DNA of 64,000 nucleotides from Promethearchaeati archaeon SRVP18_Atabeyarchaeia-1 (GTDB taxonomy: Archaea > Asgardarchaeota > Atabeyarchaeia > Atabeyarchaeales > Atabeyarchaeaceae), in contig CP147779.1 of the NCBI GenBank assembly GCA_037308085.1, forward strand, positions 1,696,001 through 1,760,000. The letters are read 5' to 3'. The position numbers and the translations under genes were made by a program. Shown one piece after another: positions 59,218 to 64,000 of this stretch. The notes beneath the pieces were generated by a model. The model ran no database searches. It saw only the letters and a list, made by a program, of their open reading frames with translations, and was not told where the DNA came from. The first letter of the stretch is position 1. The number at the start of each line of letters is the position of its first letter.

Positions 59218-60528
59218 CTATTTCGGTAATCCTCTGATTTCAAATCTGCATTTTGGGCTACCTTTCGCTATGCAGTCTGTTTCCTTAACCATGTACCTTT
59301 GGCCAAAAGCCCGCTCCATCAGCGCAGCGAGTATTCCAACCACGAAGTAGCACACAGCTTTGTTCCCTCTTGGATACTCCTCTGCAAAGGCACTTCGCTC
59401 ACACGTGACTTCTCCACCATTCTCACCCAAGTCTGTGACATTGAACATGCCCCATCCCGTGATTGCCATATACTTCATGTATTCCTCGACAAGCTGTTTT
59501 CCGGTGCTCTTATATCTCTTCACGTCTTCAGCAGCGAAAAGGCTGCCAGTCCTCACAAAGACAGCCCTGACAGTTCCCTCGCCAAGCATATCAGAGGCTC
59601 GATAGGTTAGTCCGACTATGCTCTGAACATCCTTTGTTGCTACCTGAACCTCGCCATTGATGTCATGGTAGGTCAGTTTCCCCTCATCAAGCATGTTCGT
59701 GTTCTTTAATGCCTCTTTGAAATCGTTTTTCAGGGTCTGAGCCTCTCCTGGAGTGGGAGTCGTTGGTTTTGCGCTTTCCTCCAAGACCATAGCACGAACT
59801 GGTTCTGTCACATTTTCAGCCGCATCAGCCTTCTTCCAGGTGAATTCACAGAATGGATCCCCCTTAGCCATGCACTTAGTTTCCCTGACCTCAAGAGGAA
59901 CATGGAATGCTTCGTCTCCCGCAGCGATTATCTCGCCCTTGAAGTTGTCATGGAAAGTGGCGTCCTTGGGGGCGTTCTTGGGAAGAGATCCCTTGTACTC
60001 CAGTTGCCAGAAGCCCTCGATCTTCTCCGGGTCGAACTTGAATCCCTTGATCTCGCCCCATCCGATAGCAGATATCAACCAGAAATAGAATTCAAATGCA
60101 AACTGGTCTTTCAGCCCGAAATTGCGCCTACCAACCTGGACTATAGTCCGCCCAGTATCCCTGTGGAACGATGTTATTATCTTCGGTGCAAGCCTCTTCC
60201 CCAAGATTTCGTAGAGGGCAGACCAGATCCCTAACACAAATAGGGAGGGGTAAGTTATGACGTGGAAACCAGTCATTTTCTCAATGATTTTCCCATCTAT
60301 AGGCATGGTTACAAGACTCTTCATCACGCTGAATGACGTCTTCACATTCGGCATTCGCAGGCGGTCTGCGAGTTCCCTCATTGGATACTCCGTGCCGCTG
60401 GTGTTGCTCCCTGCAATGGAGGTTGTTGCATGAGTTGTCTCATCCATGGACAGAGTCGCGCCCCATGTGATTCTACACCGCTGCTGAAAAAGGTGAGTGG
60501 CCCACTTAAACCGCGGATCTGAGTACAC
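59218..60528 (-). CDS. Tandem V4R-domain protein (true start probably further downstream)
   Basis: Two GWG...ETKCMAKGDPFCEF / ETDCIAKGSPKCRF units. Confidence 0.85.
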   Translation of the reverse strand: MYSDPRFKWATHLFQQRCRITWGATLSMDETTHATTSIAGSNTSGTEYPMRELADRLRMPNVKTSFSVMKSLVTMPIDGKIIEKMTGFHVITYPSLFVLGIWSALYEILGKRLAPKIITSFHRDTGRTIVQVGRRNFGLKDQFAFEFYFWLISAIGWGEIKGFKFDPEKIEGFWQLEYKGSLPKNAPKDATFHDNFKGEIIAAGDEAFHVPLEVRETKCMAKGDPFCEFTWKKADAAENVTEPVRAMVLEESAKPTTPTPGEAQTLKNDFKEALKNTNMLDEGKLTYHDINGEVQVATKDVQSIVGLTYRASDMLGEGTVRAVFVRTGSLFAAEDVKRYKSTGKQLVEEYMKYMAITGWGMFNVTDLGENGGEVTCERSAFAEEYPRGNKAVCYFVVGILAALMERAFGQRYMVKETDCIAKGSPKCRFEIRGLPK

Positions 60529-60614
60529 TGGCTTGAAACTAATACAAAAGCATTATTGGGAGATCCCGCAATCCTCAAGGCAATCTAGCGAAGTTCACAA
60601 TATGCATTCCGAAG

Positions 60615-60638
60615 AAGCCCCCGCCTTTCAGGGTGGGA
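60615..60638 (+). repeat. Orphan IS200/IS605-type hairpin
   Basis: AAGCCCCCGCCTTTCAGGGTGGGA. Confidence 0.45.
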
Positions 60639-61249
60639 GAAATTGCAGCGACATGCAAGTTGTGAGCCCTAAATACGGCACCCTCTAACATCCTTTGGCC
60701 ATACTGTTAGAACGTGCCGCCAGTTGAGGCTGATCCCAGCTACACGCCTCAGACGTGCCCCATTCTCCTACTTTCCTCAGCTCAATAGCACTCATCTGTC
60801 CACGTCCGCACCAAAGGCATCTCTGTTTTTGTCTCTCTCCTCAAAGTCTAACATTATTTGACCTTTTTTCTTCATGCTTCGCTTGACTTCTAGGTCTTTG
60901 ATCTCTGCCTTAACTGCGTCGTACCTTTTCGGGGCAACATTGATTGATTCGACGTAGATTGCCTAGTCAGCGGGGCAATCAAAGTAACATACCAAAAGAA
61001 CAGAGTGGAGCGTCCCTGCCAGACCTGGGATCACGATCATGTGCCTAGGCGCATGCAAACTAGTTTCTTGGATTCCTTGTTTGTTCTGCGATTACATGAT
61101 CAACATGTTGAGCATTCCAGAAGTTCTAGCCCACCCGTGACTATGCGCCCACATTTCGATTTCCGGGAGGCCTCTTGCCAATCTCGGAAAATCCGGTATC
61201 GGTGATAGGGTCTAACAATCTTAAATACAGAGAACGGGAATTCTTCTTT

Positions 61250-61936
61250 ATGAGACTGGCCACATTGTTCAGCGGAGGTAAGGATTCGACATATTCGACA
61301 TACAGGGCAATGGACTCAGGCAATGAGATAGTTCTCTTGGTCACTATGGTACCTAAGAGACCAGATTCTTGGATGTTCCATCATCCATGTATTGAGTTGA
61401 CTAGACTGCAGGCAGAGTCCATTGGAATTGAACAACTCACGAGGGAAACGGGGGGTGAGAAGGAAAAGGAGTTGTCGGATTTGAGAAGTGCGCTGAATGA
61501 GATTAGGAATGAGATTGATGGGATTGTAACTGGTGCCGTTGCCAGTAATTATCAGAAATCTAGAATCGACAAGATCTGCGGTGAACTGGGGTTGGTTCAT
61601 GTTGCCCCCTTATGGGGGAGAGACGAAGAAGGAATCTTGCTTGACGAGGTCAATGTTGGTCTTGAGATTATCTTCACTGGTGTATATGCAGAAGGTCTTG
61701 ATGAGAAATGGCTCGGTAGGAAAATAGATAAGGTGTGCATTGAGGATCTGAAAAAGCTGAACCGAAAGTATGGGATTCACTTAACAGGAGAGGGAGGATG
61801 CTACGAGACTCTGGTATTGGATTGCCCCCTTTTCAGAAAGAGAATTCAGATCCAAGACAGCCATAAGATCTGGGAAAGGTCAAGTGGGTATTTGCAGATT
61901 GACGAAGCCAGACTAGTAGCTAAGAGCGTGTCTTAA
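61250..61936 (+). CDS. Diphthine--ammonia ligase / PP-loop ATPase (Dph6 family)
   Basis: LFSGGKDS, SWMFH, SNYQ, PLW, GEGGCYETLVLDCP. Confidence 0.88.
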   Translation: MRLATLFSGGKDSTYSTYRAMDSGNEIVLLVTMVPKRPDSWMFHHPCIELTRLQAESIGIEQLTRETGGEKEKELSDLRSALNEIRNEIDGIVTGAVASNYQKSRIDKICGELGLVHVAPLWGRDEEGILLDEVNVGLEIIFTGVYAEGLDEKWLGRKIDKVCIEDLKKLNRKYGIHLTGEGGCYETLVLDCPLFRKRIQIQDSHKIWERSSGYLQIDEARLVAKSVS

Positions 61937-63068
61937 TTCTGTAAACTCCAACCTCGGTTGATTCAATCAAACCACGTTTTTTGTACCTTGAAAGGTACGC
62001 ACTGGGCGACTTGTATCCCATCTCTCTCATTTTGCTAGCAAAGTCTTTTGTGAGGAAGATACCACCTCTCTGTAAATGCTTTATCACTTGATTGAAGCTA
62101 GACAGTTTCCTCCTTCTGCCGCGGACCTTCAACATTTTTGTCACTCTTGAATTCTTGTTCCTCGGCAGAAATCCTATTTCATGGGCAAACCGTGGCAAAT
62201 CCTCTGAGTATATGTTGAGCGACCATTTTGCGCTGATTTTCCCCCTTCTGAGAGACGTCTTGTTTCTTCTAATCGACTCTGGGGCCACGGTGCTCTGTAT
62301 TTTGAAATGATGAAGTAGAACTAAGTGTTCACCAAGTAAGGTTGGTGGAGGATTTGCGAGAACAAGATTTGCTAGTTTCGGATGTGTGCGCTTGAGTTGA
62401 CCGAATGTCACTTTCTGTCCTACGGATATGTCGAGTTCACGTGTAAAGTCAGAGACATCGGTGGTTCTAACTAGGTGTATATATCTCTTTGATTTTGAAT
62501 TACTGGGGCTGCCCTCTGCTTCGAAAGCAATTCTGAGATACTCCCTACAGAATTCCTTGTTATGAAGAATGAATCTTGGTATACGTTCGGGGATCGGCAA
62601 GAGATATCTTATGGCGCTGGGGAAACGGGTCCTGGGTACATTTCTCGATTTTGTCTTATGCATGAAATGCAAAAGCTGCTTTCCCAGCAGATTTCTTAAT
62701 GAAGAAGAGAGTATTCCATGGAACACTTCTTCGGGCACATGCAATCTGAATTCGGTTCGGAATGAACCCTCTGACAGCATTACAGCATAGATTCTGACAT
62801 AGTCTAGATTGTCAAGATTTAGTGGCAGTCTTATCCTCAACTTGCGAGTCTTCTGCCTGACCCCGCGTACTGGGATGTAGCTGATTGAGTCCTCAGTTTT
62901 CCGTCTGCCGCCAAGACCTAAGAGCTTCTTGACTGATATGGAACCGGTTTTCGATTGCAGACCTTCTGGCAGTCTATTGAAGCCGACAAGAATACTCGGT
63001 CCAAGATCCCAGTAGTGTGTTCGCCTGACGTTAGGCGCAGTATTGGCGTATTCTTCCCAGCTTTTCAT
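61920..63068 (-). CDS. Free-standing double-motif LAGLIDADG endonuclease-like protein with C-terminal HTH
   Basis: YAVMLSEGS and EYLRIAFEAEGS; FAHEIGFL; no intein splice motifs seen. Confidence 0.65.
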   Translation of the reverse strand: MKSWEEYANTAPNVRRTHYWDLGPSILVGFNRLPEGLQSKTGSISVKKLLGLGGRRKTEDSISYIPVRGVRQKTRKLRIRLPLNLDNLDYVRIYAVMLSEGSFRTEFRLHVPEEVFHGILSSSLRNLLGKQLLHFMHKTKSRNVPRTRFPSAIRYLLPIPERIPRFILHNKEFCREYLRIAFEAEGSPSNSKSKRYIHLVRTTDVSDFTRELDISVGQKVTFGQLKRTHPKLANLVLANPPPTLLGEHLVLLHHFKIQSTVAPESIRRNKTSLRRGKISAKWSLNIYSEDLPRFAHEIGFLPRNKNSRVTKMLKVRGRRRKLSSFNQVIKHLQRGGIFLTKDFASKMREMGYKSPSAYLSRYKKRGLIESTEVGVYRIKTRS

Positions 63069-63201
63069 GTTATATCGTCTTTTTTGGACGCATATAAGGT
63101 AAACAACTGGTAAAAGCGAGCCATTCAAAATTGAAGGAGAGCGGCGATATTCAATACACTGAAAGACCGCAAAACCATTGGTGTGGTTGTGCTAGAGATC
63201 T

Positions 63202-63465
63202 TTGTCAATCACGCAGTGCAGCGATGAATGCCTAAGACGATTATATATGGCGAACGGAGTTGGGTTAGCCTGGATGAATTCAATGTGGCAGCAACCGAGA
63301 GTCTTATGGTCCGCGGGGGAATGTGAATTGGTTGTCTGTGATGGGCCTACTTTTAGGCGCAGAATAGAATTCCTGAAGAGCGAGAAGGTCTGGGACAGCA
63401 AGACGGGGAGCTGGTACTTGAAGGTGGATGAGGCTGAACTCGTTCAGAATAGGGGCACCAAGTAA
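63202..63465 (+). CDS. Hypothetical protein or fragment
   Basis: 87-aa ORF with CSDEC; an in-frame stop lies just upstream. Confidence 0.3.
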   Translation: MSITQCSDECLRRLYMANGVGLAWMNSMWQQPRVLWSAGECELVVCDGPTFRRRIEFLKSEKVWDSKTGSWYLKVDEAELVQNRGTK

Positions 63466-63466
63466 C

Positions 63467-63958
63467 TCAGAGAAATGACTTGAGAGCTCCATAGGACATT
63501 GTCTCGTTGATTTCTTCCACAAATCTGATCCTCTCTGCGTCGCCAGATGCAAGGGACCCCTTCAATATTATGGGCTTGAAGTCTAGGTCTTCGGCGCCCC
63601 TGTATGTGGATAAGACGCAGTACTCTGCGCAGTACCCAGTCAGGATCAGAGTGTCAACGCCGAGTTTCCTTAGTTTTTCTGCGAGTCCTGTCTTCGTGAA
63701 AGCGTTGCCATAGGTCTTTGCGATACGCGTGTCCTGAGGATCAAGCTTAACACTGTCTGGAACATCAAAGCCCGGTTTGCCTGGTACGAGTCCTTCCTCT
63801 TCGCTCTTGTGTTGGATGACGAAGATTGGGAGATTCTTCTTTCTAAAAAGGTCAATCGCTGCATTTATGTACTCAATGGCTGAGTTTAGGGAGTCTGAGG
63901 AAGCTCGGCTCTTGAAGAACTCATTCTGAATGTCTATCACGAGTAGGGCTGGTTTCAT
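63467..63958 (-). CDS. Isochorismatase-family cysteine hydrolase
   Basis: ALLVIDIQNEF, K...NAF, GYCAEYCV. Confidence 0.92.
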   Translation of the reverse strand: MKPALLVIDIQNEFFKSRASSDSLNSAIEYINAAIDLFRKKNLPIFVIQHKSEEEGLVPGKPGFDVPDSVKLDPQDTRIAKTYGNAFTKTGLAEKLRKLGVDTLILTGYCAEYCVLSTYRGAEDLDFKPIILKGSLASGDAERIRFVEEINETMSYGALKSFL

Positions 63959-64000
63959 TTCTTGCTCTCCTTCTTCGCTAGGTGTAGGATGGTGCACTAC

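Noticed and set aside
60690-61170. Possible gene or transposase in this gap
   Set aside because: Only short stop-interrupted frames without identifiable motifs.
61920-63128. LAGLIDADG ORF as an intein or intron-encoded protein
   Set aside because: No N-terminal Cys/Ser block, no C-terminal His-Asn, and no interrupted host gene or RNA gene visible.
1-64000. tRNA or rRNA genes
   Set aside because: No cloverleaf/T-loop or rRNA-like segment recognised by eye; tRNAscan-SE and Infernal would be needed to exclude them.

Overview
Archaeal chromosomal segment, probably from an Asgard archaeon. That assignment is inferred from three longin-like proteins, a Rab-like pseudo-GTPase, a membrane-anchored RING protein, a PCI-like protein and WD40/TPR proteins. 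It holds about 55 CDS, mostly metabolic and housekeeping genes: Hrq1/MrfA-type helicase, B12 radical SAM, S8 protease, ABC exporter, P1B ATPase with NikR, nadE, sfsA, two DNA methyltransferases, acyl-CoA dehydrogenase, arsM locus and Dph6. No tRNA, rRNA or CRISPR array was seen. Highlights: (1) A candidate peptide-signalling module at 23.3-25.4 kb. An unannotated 43-53 aa ORF that is essentially a signal peptide plus a short tail converges on a 498-aa tandem Lrp/AsnC-like regulator. The motif TGAACCAWTTTAAA occurs as an inverted pair upstream of the peptide and again upstream of the regulator. (2) A catalytically intact tnpB inside a 1261-bp element with about 30-bp terminal inverted repeats and a flanking 8-bp direct repeat. 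This DDE/IS6-like architecture is unexpected for TnpB. (3) A second, IS607-like tnpB element that splits cutA, plus a tnpB remnant and several short IS200/IS605-end repeats. (4) An Mrr-like nuclease-fold domain fused to a longin domain beside a DNA methyltransferase. (5) An arsM locus apparently controlled by a Cys-rich HxlR regulator with a perfect palindromic operator. All family calls come from motif recognition by eye; no database searches were run.
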